Source: a virus (taxonomy: Duplodnaviria; Caudoviricetes). Taken from it: a stretch of DNA of 58,324 nucleotides. Position numbers and translations under genes: made by a program. The notes beneath the pieces are model-generated. The model did no database searches. It worked only from the letters and a program-made list of their open reading frames with translations, and had not been told where the DNA came from. Below are positions 9,018-17,866 of the stretch, piece by piece (positions within the stretch are counted from its first letter, which is position 1; the number at the start of each line of letters is the position of its first letter). Where the stretch lies: the IMG/VR virus record IMGVR_UViG_3300003886_000004, positions 1 through 58,324 of that record. One strand, given 5' to 3'.

Positions 9018-10632
9018 TAGATTTTCCTTTTGACTTTGTTGACTTCTTTTCTGAGTTGTCAGGAATCTTGTTTGTTGGTTTAGCTGTTCCGTCTTCTTTC
9101 TCAAAATCTAAAGATACTGAGGCTAAAATATCTTTTGCTGTATCTAAATCCATACCTAGAATTTTAGTAAGCCAATCTAAAGGATTGATGAAGTCTTGTA
9201 ACCCTCCTGATATGTACTTGACCATAGCATCAGTAATTGAATTAGCATAATTGACCTTTTCTTGTTTAGATCGATCATCTAAGTCAGGCCAGGTTACTTG
9301 GTACCCTTTATCACCTGGTTCTGGGAGTACACCTATTTGAATCAATCTGTCGATAAACGGGATAATTATTTTTGGGGTTATCTGTTTGTTTCTTCTAGCT
9401 ATTAACCGTTCATCCCAAGCTGACTTATCTTGTGCTGAAGAAAGTTCACCTCTTTCGGTTCCCATGAAGATTCGTTTAGGGCAACCTAAGAATATACAGA
9501 TAGCTTCGATCAGAGTATTAACCAGCGATGTAGGATCACTTACATTTGGGGCCAAGGTATCTATGTTCATTCCAGATAATGATAGATACTTTTGTAGAGA
9601 GTTGTGTAAATTACCTACAGCGTTACGTACCGAGTCTTGGTCTATCTTGACCCCTTTCTCGGTAGAGAACGTTAGAATTGGTGAGGCGGCTTGCCACAAC
9701 CCCTCAGCACCTCCCCCGTAAGCTTTGTAAAGATCCATCAACCGATTGACTACAACTTGCATTCTAGGCGTACCAAATATCTCAGAGGATCGAATGTTAT
9801 CAGCAATATGTATAATACGTGACCAATGAACAGTAGAGGTTGTTACGTCGGCTCCTGTACCTACTGCACTACTCGTTTGAATGTCATTCATAGTGATCGA
9901 GTAAGACAGAGGTGCCCCATACCTAGGTGAATTCATATCTGTATCGAATCTTTCGATTTCAATTGATGATTCATCGAATGCACGTAGGTAGATAAGTGTC
10001 CTGGTCTGTTTAGGTACTTCTTGTGTTGGTCCAGGTGAGGATACAATATCGGTTACTCTTGACTGTCCTGAGTTCAAGTATTCTTGTTCTGGGTCAACGT
10101 TTTCAAATCCGTCTATAGGTTCATTCAGAGGTTTACCGTCATCAACACCTAACAGAAGAACCCCAAAATGACCTACTCCTGATAACTTGTCAGCTAACTG
10201 TAGATGTTCCCAAATAGGGTTACCTTCGTTACCTTTGAACCAGGATTTACCTCTCAGGTTAGTAGATAAAGTTTCCCAAGCTTTTTCAAATTCCGATTTA
10301 CTCTCTTCTGGAGTCTCTTCAATTGTTGGGACTAACCCCCAACATTCTTCTGGGAATATCTCAACTACTCTAGCTGCTATAGGATCTCGATCATAATAGT
10401 CACGGTATTTTTCCGCAGTCAATTGATCTGTATGTATGTAACCACATTCTCCTGCAATATCCCTTCGAGGATCAAGGAGTTTTTCAAACATTGAATTACG
10501 AAACAGCATATTAGCTGTCATCGATTCAAGTAATTCTATTTGTTGATTTGCAGTTACGTTGTCTTGAGATTGTGAAGCTTCTACAGGATCGGATACTGGA
10601 GGTGTATCACGCATGGTAGGTTTATTTGTCAT
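9010..10632 (-). CDS. Portal protein (DUF1073-like)
   Basis: RDPIAARVVEIFPEECW, VHWSRIIH and CPKRIFMGTERG motifs; follows TerL. Confidence 0.85.
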   Translation of the reverse strand: MTNKPTMRDTPPVSDPVEASQSQDNVTANQQIELLESMTANMLFRNSMFEKLLDPRRDIAGECGYIHTDQLTAEKYRDYYDRDPIAARVVEIFPEECWGLVPTIEETPEESKSEFEKAWETLSTNLRGKSWFKGNEGNPIWEHLQLADKLSGVGHFGVLLLGVDDGKPLNEPIDGFENVDPEQEYLNSGQSRVTDIVSSPGPTQEVPKQTRTLIYLRAFDESSIEIERFDTDMNSPRYGAPLSYSITMNDIQTSSAVGTGADVTTSTVHWSRIIHIADNIRSSEIFGTPRMQVVVNRLMDLYKAYGGGAEGLWQAASPILTFSTEKGVKIDQDSVRNAVGNLHNSLQKYLSLSGMNIDTLAPNVSDPTSLVNTLIEAICIFLGCPKRIFMGTERGELSSAQDKSAWDERLIARRNKQITPKIIIPFIDRLIQIGVLPEPGDKGYQVTWPDLDDRSKQEKVNYANSITDAMVKYISGGLQDFINPLDWLTKILGMDLDTAKDILASVSLDFEKEDGTAKPTNKIPDNSEKKSTKSKGKSNV

Positions 10633-10861
10633 CTGTTGTAGTCCTTTTGATTAGTTTTCTTAGTTCACTAGGTTTGAAAAACGATCCGCATGTTGTCTTG
10701 TATAGAATTTGATCAGGTAAGATGCAAACAAATTCTACTCTGGTCTTTAACCTACATCCCCCTATTTTGGTTACAGTGATTACCTTATCACCAGGTTTAA
10801 GTGTTAACGTGGTTTTAATTCGATACAGGTCAAGTGATTCGATCTTTTTTGGTAGTGGCAT
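10622..10861 (-). CDS. Hypothetical protein
   Basis: 79-aa ORF tightly packed between TerL and portal. Confidence 0.55.
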   Translation of the reverse strand: MPLPKKIESLDLYRIKTTLTLKPGDKVITVTKIGGCRLKTRVEFVCILPDQILYKTTCGSFFKPSELRKLIKRTTTDDK

Positions 10862-10863
10862 TT

Positions 10864-12402
10864 TTAACTCGCTGTTGCAATGAATTCAGTGATTGGATGT
10901 TGTAATCCGTAAACACCTAATACAAAACTATCAGCTTCATCAGGAGAACAACCAATCATTCCTTGGATTGTTTCACCTTTGTAATTGTCTGAGGGCTTTG
11001 ACTTAGGCGGTAAGTATATTCTACCTTCTTGATCGTATAACAAAGGCATAACAGCTAATTGCCTTCTTAACTCTCTAAGATTGGGGGATATTCCGAATAC
11101 AGTATCCCCTTGTTCCTCTCTTGAAGGGTTGAATAACAAAGAGGCTTTGTGGTACATTTCAGCACGTAGGTTCACATAGGCACTAGAAAAGTCACCTTCA
11201 TCCTCAGGAGGGGTCGGAGACGATGCAAAGGATACGTTTCTTACTTCATACCCTTGTCGTCTAAGAATGTCTGCATGTTGCTTACCTCCTCCCCCACTAT
11301 CAAATACAGTATTCAAATGTGAGATACCGTGTTGATTCATAAGTGCAATAGTCTTATTGGGAATCACTGAAGTGTCTGTTGTTGATTCGGTGTATTGAGC
11401 AATGATCCCTTTTGTATCTACTACAGTCCAAACAGTATTGTCCCCTCCTTCAGCGGTATCGATACCTAAAGCTTTTCCTTTCCTAACAAACTTTTTATTC
11501 TTTCTTTTGATTTTCAGTAAAGCTCTGATTATCTCTCTATGTGCTTCCTCCCCTTTGTTTAACCAGTCTGGAGGAAACAATAAGACCTCGACTCCAGTAT
11601 AGAACTCTGCGTCTAACCCAATACATTGCCTTACAGGATCCCACAACTTTCTACGTTTCATATACTCGTTGTAAGTCAGCACTCCATCAATTATATTTTT
11701 CCCTGTAGGTTTCTTCCCTTTACCTATTTGTGATTCAGCGAATCTAACGTTAGGGGAATCAGAACCTTTTATCTGGATCACTTTAGTATGTAACCCGTTA
11801 CCTATTTCCTTTTTTATGTCCCCGTCTTTTGAAGATCGAAAAAAGAAGTTACTACAAGGCAGAGGGTTTCCAATGATTAGTTTTCTATGTGCCCAAGTTT
11901 CTACTGCATCGTTGAATTCATCATTGATCCCACTCGCTTCATCAAACAGGGCTAAAGTTCTAGGTTCTTCGTTTGGTCCTTCAGCTAAGTGATGACCTTG
12001 CAAGTTCTCAGGAGCGTTTGTAACTATTCCCCTTACGTAGGATTTAGGATCAAGGATACCTGGAGAGGTTTCTTTTCTTAACAGTAAGTCATTAACAGTG
12101 AATGGAAAAGGGTACAGTGAAGTCATTAAAAAGTTAGACATTTCTCCCCAAAGAACTGATCTCAATTGTGATTGACCTGCACTTGAAGTGATAATCCTAC
12201 ACGGAGTTCGACTAGCAAAGAACCATATAACTGCAAGAGCGGCAATAAAGTCCTTACCTAATTTGTTTCCAGCATACACTACTGTCTCATCATTGTCTCT
12301 AAGTGAGTACAGAATATCAACTTGTTTATCATACAGAAGTATTTGAGGCCAACAAAAGGATACAAATTTCATCGGATCTTTCAACAGTGATAACTCATCC
12401 AT
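10864..12402 (-). CDS. terL: Terminase large subunit
   Basis: Walker A AGNKLGKD, Walker B LFDEASG, RNase-H-like nuclease motifs GIDTAEGGD and SPDEADS. Confidence 0.92.
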   Translation of the reverse strand: MDELSLLKDPMKFVSFCWPQILLYDKQVDILYSLRDNDETVVYAGNKLGKDFIAALAVIWFFASRTPCRIITSSAGQSQLRSVLWGEMSNFLMTSLYPFPFTVNDLLLRKETSPGILDPKSYVRGIVTNAPENLQGHHLAEGPNEEPRTLALFDEASGINDEFNDAVETWAHRKLIIGNPLPCSNFFFRSSKDGDIKKEIGNGLHTKVIQIKGSDSPNVRFAESQIGKGKKPTGKNIIDGVLTYNEYMKRRKLWDPVRQCIGLDAEFYTGVEVLLFPPDWLNKGEEAHREIIRALLKIKRKNKKFVRKGKALGIDTAEGGDNTVWTVVDTKGIIAQYTESTTDTSVIPNKTIALMNQHGISHLNTVFDSGGGGKQHADILRRQGYEVRNVSFASSPTPPEDEGDFSSAYVNLRAEMYHKASLLFNPSREEQGDTVFGISPNLRELRRQLAVMPLLYDQEGRIYLPPKSKPSDNYKGETIQGMIGCSPDEADSFVLGVYGLQHPITEFIATAS

Positions 12403-12715
12403 AATTTTTCACTTTTAGTTTTATAATCTTTGCAGGTTTTTTACACGCTCTTAATTCATCCAGCATACCAGTTAAGTTAATATGGTAGTCTTGATCTGAT
12501 CCTTCAGTTAATTGAACCAAAGAACATCTAACTCTGAGATGAAAAACTACTAACTTTGATATTTCTTTTTTCAGATGAATCAGAAAAGTTTTAGTCTCTA
12601 AATCAACGTAAACTGTACTTGATTCATCTGGATAAATGAGAAGATTTGAGATACACTTGTTCAGGGTTGCTTGGATTGAATACATGTTTTGTCGTAGTTT
12701 ATCCAGATCACTCAT
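12395..12715 (-). CDS. Hypothetical protein
   Basis: Coupled ORF in the operon. Confidence 0.55.
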   Translation of the reverse strand: MSDLDKLRQNMYSIQATLNKCISNLLIYPDESSTVYVDLETKTFLIHLKKEISKLVVFHLRVRCSLVQLTEGSDQDYHINLTGMLDELRACKKPAKIIKLKVKNYG

Positions 12716-13002
12716 TAAATTTCTTTATCCTCTAATTCAGTAAGATCTAAAATATCTTGTTTCATCTTTCTCAAAACACGTAACTCTTTTTTAACTGTTA
12801 ATTGGAGTAACAGTAATTTTATAAAGTTGTATTTTGAGACTCTAACTACTGACCAAATATACCCCTCAGTAATTGATCCATCAGAGATGGAGATAAACAC
12901 TTCCACTTTACTGGTTTCTTGATTCAATCTATAATAGACTGATTCTCCATCCTCTAAGTTATATGTTGACCTGTGTGAAGATTTTTTAATCAAAGGAATC
13001 AT
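12715..13002 (-). CDS. Hypothetical protein
   Basis: Coupled ORF in the operon. Confidence 0.55.
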   Translation of the reverse strand: MIPLIKKSSHRSTYNLEDGESVYYRLNQETSKVEVFISISDGSITEGYIWSVVRVSKYNFIKLLLLQLTVKKELRVLRKMKQDILDLTELEDKEI

Positions 13003-13012
13003 ATTCAGTTCT

Positions 13013-13612
13013 CTAGGCTAGGGATTCGATTGTTTTTGTGTCGAGAATTTTTGCTTGTACATCCTGTGCTTTTTCCATTAAAACCTGCAACAACTTACTT
13101 GCAGCTAATCTAGCTTCCTCTTCTTTACTTTCAGGATTTGCGTCTACGTCTAATCCAACATGACGATACAAAAGTTGTAGTGCTGAAAACTTATCCCAAA
13201 AATCTATGTGTGTTGTTGTGTTTCCGTGTGTATCAGTAGTTACTGAAATGTTTCTAATTGATGCTGCTACGTTATCAGGAAGATCAACAATATCTAGCAT
13301 CATTCCTGTTTCGGGATCGAGAAGGTTTTTTGGATTTTGAAGAGCGAGGGCTGTTATCTCTTCTAAGACTCTTTCAGCAGTTAGTTCAAACTTTTGTGCC
13401 CTCTTGTATAGAGCGTGTCCTATGGCCTTACTTATGTTTGGGTGAGCTAATAGCTTTGGTCCCATGTTCTTAGCGTAACCAGCACACTCAGCGGCCTTAG
13501 AGGCGTTCATTTCATTTTGGGCTAGGTAAGCATGAACGAACAACCACTGTTTGTCATTCAGCTTATTTTTGGTGATACCTCTTTTCTTTGGTTTGATTAG
13601 GGAACTACTCAT
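13013..13612 (-). CDS. terS: Terminase small subunit
   Basis: LNDKQWLFVHAYL...NASKAAECAGY...LTAERVLEEI...DKFSALQLL. Confidence 0.9.
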   Translation of the reverse strand: MSSSLIKPKKRGITKNKLNDKQWLFVHAYLAQNEMNASKAAECAGYAKNMGPKLLAHPNISKAIGHALYKRAQKFELTAERVLEEITALALQNPKNLLDPETGMMLDIVDLPDNVAASIRNISVTTDTHGNTTTHIDFWDKFSALQLLYRHVGLDVDANPESKEEEARLAASKLLQVLMEKAQDVQAKILDTKTIESLA

Positions 13613-13983
13613 CCTGTTATCCTATCCTGATTATCTTGATTGAAGGTTTTGTTTTTACATTCAGCATTGTAGTCAGTAAATGTGGGAATAAAGAACCTCC
13701 AATGCTCTAACTGTTGTATGTCTCGAAAAGAGTTACCACTGTGTACGATGTGCATGTGACAGTTCATACATAAACAGATTCCATTTTTTAAGTCATAAGC
13801 AAGTTCAGGAAACTTACTCTTGGGAAATATGTGGTGTGCCTGTATTCGCCAAGAAGGGTGAGGAATACTACACATAGGACAGTAAGGGGATCTGATTGAT
13901 TTATCCCCTCTAACAATGAGAATTGAATCTCTGACTAACAGAAGTCTTCTCCATTTAGTTAACTTGTATCTGTTTAGTTTCAT
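13609..13983 (-). CDS. HNH endonuclease
   Basis: CPMC...AHHIFPK...NGICLCMNCH; adjacent to terS. Confidence 0.9.
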   Translation of the reverse strand: MKLNRYKLTKWRRLLLVRDSILIVRGDKSIRSPYCPMCSIPHPSWRIQAHHIFPKSKFPELAYDLKNGICLCMNCHMHIVHSGNSFRDIQQLEHWRFFIPTFTDYNAECKNKTFNQDNQDRITG

Positions 13984-14097
13984 CGTTTCTCCAAAATATA
14001 AAACAGGGGTAGTTGTGATGATCTCAACGTTTATCTACAGCTTGCAGCAATCTCAAGCTTACCCCAGATCCCACTACCAATAGGATAAGGTTGTGAA

Positions 14098-14301
14098 TCA
14101 TTTAGAGGCAGTCAACATATTGATGGGTTGACTTACTCCAATCATTCTGGTTTCTTTTCTAATTGTATTTTCGTAGCATTGATCACAAAACCAAAGGTTA
14201 ACAGGTCTACGTAAGTTGTGAAATGCCAGAGGGTAGTGGTACCCTTTATCAGTAGTACAAAAACACTCAGTACATACTAACTCTTGTTGTTCCTCTTCCA
14301 T
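14098..14301 (-). CDS. Small Zn-finger-like hypothetical protein
   Basis: CTEC...CDQC. Confidence 0.5.
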   Translation of the reverse strand: MEEEQQELVCTECFCTTDKGYHYPLAFHNLRRPVNLWFCDQCYENTIRKETRMIGVSQPINMLTASK

Positions 14302-14519
14302 TTTCTATTCCTTCCGTGTAACTCAGTAACAAACAAACGTGAATCCTCAGTTACCAGTTCCCATTGATAACCTAATAATTTTCTGTACCCTATTTTCAAT
14401 TGACAAAACCAGAGGTCTATTTCATCTAAGTAACCTTCTGAGGTTGAATCGAATTTTCTTTGATCAATTACAATTGTCTTCCCAGACGAGATAGAATGTT
14501 GCAGAACTTGATGATTCAT
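14277..14519 (-). CDS. Hypothetical protein
   Basis: ATGA-coupled to the upstream methyltransferase. Confidence 0.5.
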   Translation of the reverse strand: MNHQVLQHSISSGKTIVIDQRKFDSTSEGYLDEIDLWFCQLKIGYRKLLGYQWELVTEDSRLFVTELHGRNRKWKRNNKS

Positions 14520-15382
14520 TTGATTTCCCACAGGTAGTAAGTGTTTCCATCTTCATTATACTTGGTTTGATCAACCTCAGGAATCCTATGGTTGTAAGAC
14601 AGAATCTTTGTACCTACTTTCAACTTTTTCAGTTTAGGTATCACCTCAGCCATCACTTGTGGGTACAGGAACATTGTTACCATTGTAGCTCTTGAAAGAT
14701 CCTGATACTTAATGTCCCCAGTAATCACAAATACCTTCTTAGGGCTTTCAGCTTTAACTCTTGCTCTAGCTTTATCAGCAGTGATTGGGTTAATCTCAAT
14801 TCCTATTCCACGACAGCCGTACTTAGATGCAGCAGTGATTAGTATCCTACCGTCACCACATCCTAGATCATACAGATAATCCTTAGAAGTAGGATTCAGT
14901 ATTCTTAACATCGTATCAACAGCCTTCTGAGGGGAAGGATCTAATTGATTCAAAACGTTGTCTGGGATTATTTGTTGTACGGGTACTGAATTATCAACCA
15001 CCAAATTAGACCGAATATGGTTGCCCATGACAGAGCGTCTAGTACGATCTTCAGGATTAGTGATGTCATTTGAGTAAACCTTTTGAGGTTGGGCTAGTTG
15101 TGGTAAGGGAACTCGATGATTAAGTACAGGACTAGACATATTAGGGACAACATGAAAAGATCTGTTAGGATTTGACTGAGGAAATCGTACATTAGGTATT
15201 CTCCTTTGTGGAGGCTGTGAATACATTGAACCAAATAAACGGTTACACATTGCACAGTTAAGGTTGTTGCAATATCGACCGTTACTGTTTTTGGTGTACC
15301 CTCTTCCGTTACGTCGAAGCCATTGAGCGTCTACTACAGAAGGAGTTAAAAGTAACCAGAAGGCTAGTAGTAAGTATCTCAT
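14516..15382 (-). CDS. SAM-dependent methyltransferase (FAM173/DOT1-like protein-lysine MTase type) with N-terminal signal peptide and Cys motif
   Basis: YDLGCGDGRILI, GIGIEI and DLSRATMVTMFL motifs; N-terminus MRYLLLAFWLLLTPSVVDA followed by YCNNLNCAMC. Confidence 0.8.
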   Translation of the reverse strand: MRYLLLAFWLLLTPSVVDAQWLRRNGRGYTKNSNGRYCNNLNCAMCNRLFGSMYSQPPQRRIPNVRFPQSNPNRSFHVVPNMSSPVLNHRVPLPQLAQPQKVYSNDITNPEDRTRRSVMGNHIRSNLVVDNSVPVQQIIPDNVLNQLDPSPQKAVDTMLRILNPTSKDYLYDLGCGDGRILITAASKYGCRGIGIEINPITADKARARVKAESPKKVFVITGDIKYQDLSRATMVTMFLYPQVMAEVIPKLKKLKVGTKILSYNHRIPEVDQTKYNEDGNTYYLWEIK

Positions 15383-15390
15383 CGTTTTTC

Positions 15391-16038
15391 CTATTTGTAA
15401 TGGGCTGACCAAAACCAGGCATCATTGACACCACGTACTCTAGCTCTAGCCACAAGTTGTGATTCAGGAAGTTCACCATACCAACAGTGATTGGGACGAT
15501 TGAAATCCCAAGAATATCCTGTCCCTGAGTATGTTGTTCCAGGTGCATTACCTAGAGGATGACCACCGTCTCGATGAAGGTGATAATCAGCACCTCTTTC
15601 AGCAATGATTGTTGCTTCACGTAAAGCATGTTGATAGGTGTCAGTCCCCTTACCTACAATGACAGTTAGAGTTTGAGAGGGTTGGGGGAGAATGTGGTAT
15701 TCTGTACCTTGTACTGATTGTAAATGTGGATGTTCTCTCTGTAGTGTTGGATCAATTTCTATGTTAGGTATTTCCTGCATCTCACAGTATTCAGGATTGT
15801 TTGGGTTTTCATGGAGAACCTCAGACACTTTATTTGTATCACCTAAAAACTTTACCCACAGTCTTCGTAGTTCTGGTGGAACGTAGATTGTTGGTTTTTC
15901 TTCTTTTGGCATCCAAGGATCAGATCGAGTTTGAGTCCAATGAACAGAAAAGATTTCCTTGCTTCGGGTAACCCAGACTTGATTGTTGTAATCGCCATCA
16001 TCCTTTGTCGCTTTTCTATCTGTTATCCAATCGCTCAT
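15391..16038 (-). CDS. Hypothetical protein, C-terminus weakly CAP/SCP-like
   Basis: His-containing C-terminal domain (HALREA...GGHPLG...SGTGYS...NHCW); fold call is tentative. Confidence 0.5.
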   Translation of the reverse strand: MSDWITDRKATKDDGDYNNQVWVTRSKEIFSVHWTQTRSDPWMPKEEKPTIYVPPELRRLWVKFLGDTNKVSEVLHENPNNPEYCEMQEIPNIEIDPTLQREHPHLQSVQGTEYHILPQPSQTLTVIVGKGTDTYQHALREATIIAERGADYHLHRDGGHPLGNAPGTTYSGTGYSWDFNRPNHCWYGELPESQLVARARVRGVNDAWFWSAHYK

Positions 16039-16245
16039 AATTGTTTTGTTTGGTAAAGGGGGTTCAGGTTGGGTTAGTGTGGGTCAGTCATTTGTTAGAT
16101 ATTCCAAAACAAAAACAGAAAGTATCAAACAAAAAATAATTGTGAACATTCTAGTTTCTCTGAGATACACTCCTTGACTAAAAGAAAGGGCATTTCACCC
16201 TTATGCTGTTATCCGCAGTAGTACGGGTTACTTGTGTGGTTTGTG

Positions 16246-16602
16246 TTAACCTCGACAGCCACCACCAATAAGACCCCAACGAGTGCTACGTCTGGTATTC
16301 CAACGATCACGACGTCGTTCAATGCGGTCCCTACGTCGATCGTAACGAGCGTTTCGAGGAGTCGAGTAAATTACCCCCGAAGTATAGGAACCCCCACTAG
16401 AACCGTTGCTAGGGGCCACGTAACCACCTTGGCTACCGTAAGACACTACCGAGAGAGTAGGGTCAACTTGAACAGTTGTCTCAGTGATCACGGATTGAAC
16501 CTTCGTACAATTTGTACACTCTGCTTGAACATACCCTGTAGTCATCACAACTACAAACAGTGCAGCAATACCAAAACAGAGCCAATTGAAACGTTTAGAC
16601 AT
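16246..16602 (-). CDS. Secreted low-complexity Gly/Ser/Arg-rich small protein
   Basis: Signal peptide ending VQA, CTNC motif, GS-rich middle, Arg-rich tail; GAGG RBS. Confidence 0.7.
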   Translation of the reverse strand: MSKRFNWLCFGIAALFVVVMTTGYVQAECTNCTKVQSVITETTVQVDPTLSVVSYGSQGGYVAPSNGSSGGSYTSGVIYSTPRNARYDRRRDRIERRRDRWNTRRSTRWGLIGGGCRG

Positions 16603-16653
16603 TTTCTTTTCCTCAGTTACAAGTAAGTTTCTCAGGTACTTCCTGAGATAACA

Positions 16654-16760
16654 TGAACAGGGCAGGACTCGAACCTACAGTACCTTTGAGCACATGCCAG
16701 AAGAGGTGACGACACACCGCTTAAGCGTCTAATGCCAATTGCCAGCCTCTTCACCTGTTC
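16654..16760 (-). ncRNA. tRNA-like RNA with atypical interior
   Basis: Acceptor stem GAACAGG/CCTGTTC and T-arm GTAGG-TTCGAGT-CCTGC; 107 nt; no canonical anticodon arm found. Confidence 0.6.
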
Positions 16761-16762
16761 AT

Positions 16763-16898
16763 TAAGCAAGGTAGAGATTTGCACTCTACAGCTTTAAGCC
16801 CCGAAGGAAAGAATCCCCTACACTTCACAATCTTGTTGCCAAGATAATCGTGTAGTTAACCCGGAGAACTTTGCGTTTACCTATTCCGCCACTTGCTT
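16763..16898 (-). ncRNA. tRNA-like RNA with a large structured insert replacing the anticodon arm
   Basis: Acceptor AAGCAAG/CTTGCTT; Leu-type D-arm TGGCGGAATAGGTAAACGC; T-arm GTAGAG-TGCAAAT-CTCTAC; insert has CTACAC/GTGTAG and ATCTTG-GCAA-CAAGAT stems. Confidence 0.7.
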
Positions 16899-17023
16899 AC
16901 TATCAGTCATCTAACGTCTTCTGAAATGATGGAACTAGCACTGATATACCAGAGATACCATTTTTTATCTTCCGTCTACGTTAGTGCCCTTGTATAGCCG
17001 AAGGGTATGCTTACTTTATGTAA

Positions 17024-17072
17024 AGACCAGGAAAGGAATTGAACCTTTACTCTCAGCCACCAGGACTGGTCT
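17024..17072 (-). ncRNA. Minimal tRNA-like element (acceptor stem plus T-arm only)
   Basis: AGACCAG/CTGGTCT stem and AAAGG-TTCAATT-CCTTT arm, with only about 16 nt between them. Confidence 0.4.
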
Positions 17073-17090
17073 ACAACACCAAGAAACGAA

Positions 17091-17582
17091 TCAACAATCA
17101 GCAGTTTGTAAAGCACCCACTACCTTACCTTCTACTGATTCTTCACCGTTCTGGTATAACCAACTAGACTGAACCTTTTTCTTTGATGTAGGTTTACTGT
17201 ATTGAGACTTCTTTGTGTGTGCAGGTTTTGTACTTCTAGGGTACAGCAGTACGTTGGTTGCAAACCCGCAAAGAGTGATCACGTTCAAATGACTTGTGAT
17301 TTGAATATCTAACAGATCTTCAGAGAAATCTTCCTCTTCCAAAGTTTTCTCCCAATCACGTTGGGTCAGAGCTACCCCTTCATAGAATATTTTGTATACT
17401 AGGTGACCACGTCCAACCAGCATTTCTAGGAGAAACAGAGGGGCTACTTTGTTGCTTCCTTTCACGTGTCTAGGCTTCTGAGAACCCAGGGTTTTATCCC
17501 TGCATTCAAAGTACAATTCGTTGTGTTTTCTAATGATTCTGTATAACACAGTAATTTCCTCAGTAAAAACTAACCAAAACAT
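17091..17582 (-). CDS. Hypothetical protein
   Basis: Co-oriented ORF; start uncertain. Confidence 0.45.
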   Translation of the reverse strand: MFWLVFTEEITVLYRIIRKHNELYFECRDKTLGSQKPRHVKGSNKVAPLFLLEMLVGRGHLVYKIFYEGVALTQRDWEKTLEEEDFSEDLLDIQITSHLNVITLCGFATNVLLYPRSTKPAHTKKSQYSKPTSKKKVQSSWLYQNGEESVEGKVVGALQTADC

Positions 17583-17617
17583 TCAATATCTATCTCAAAG
17601 ACAATTCAAGATAAACA

Positions 17618-17866
17618 CTAATACCCGCAACGTTCATTATACACGGTACCCAGAGGATCAAAATTATCTACAAAATCGGATTCATAATCTTGTACCACAG
17701 TAAAGTAATCCCCAGTTGTTCTAAGTGTATCACTTGTCACCTCAGTTATCCATGTAGAGATAATTTTCAAACTTTTCAGGGAATCTAAAAACTCTCGTTC
17801 AGCCAACACTATTTTCAGATTAGTATCAGGAGTAACTAATTGAATCTGTAACCTAACTTTGTTCAT
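17618..17866 (-). CDS. Hypothetical protein
   Basis: ATGA-coupled to the PP-loop gene; GGAGG upstream. Confidence 0.55.
   Translation of the reverse strand: MNKVRLQIQLVTPDTNLKIVLAEREFLDSLKSLKIISTWITEVTSDTLRTTGDYFTVVQDYESDFVDNFDPLGTVYNERCGY

Noticed and set aside
16234-16626. Plus-strand 130-aa ORF and the many other short antisense ORFs in the track
   Set aside because: They overlap better-supported genes on the opposite strand and have no recognisable motifs.
16654-16898. Canonical tRNA genes with assignable anticodons
   Set aside because: I could not place a 5-bp stem with 7-nt anticodon loop at the expected position in either RNA.
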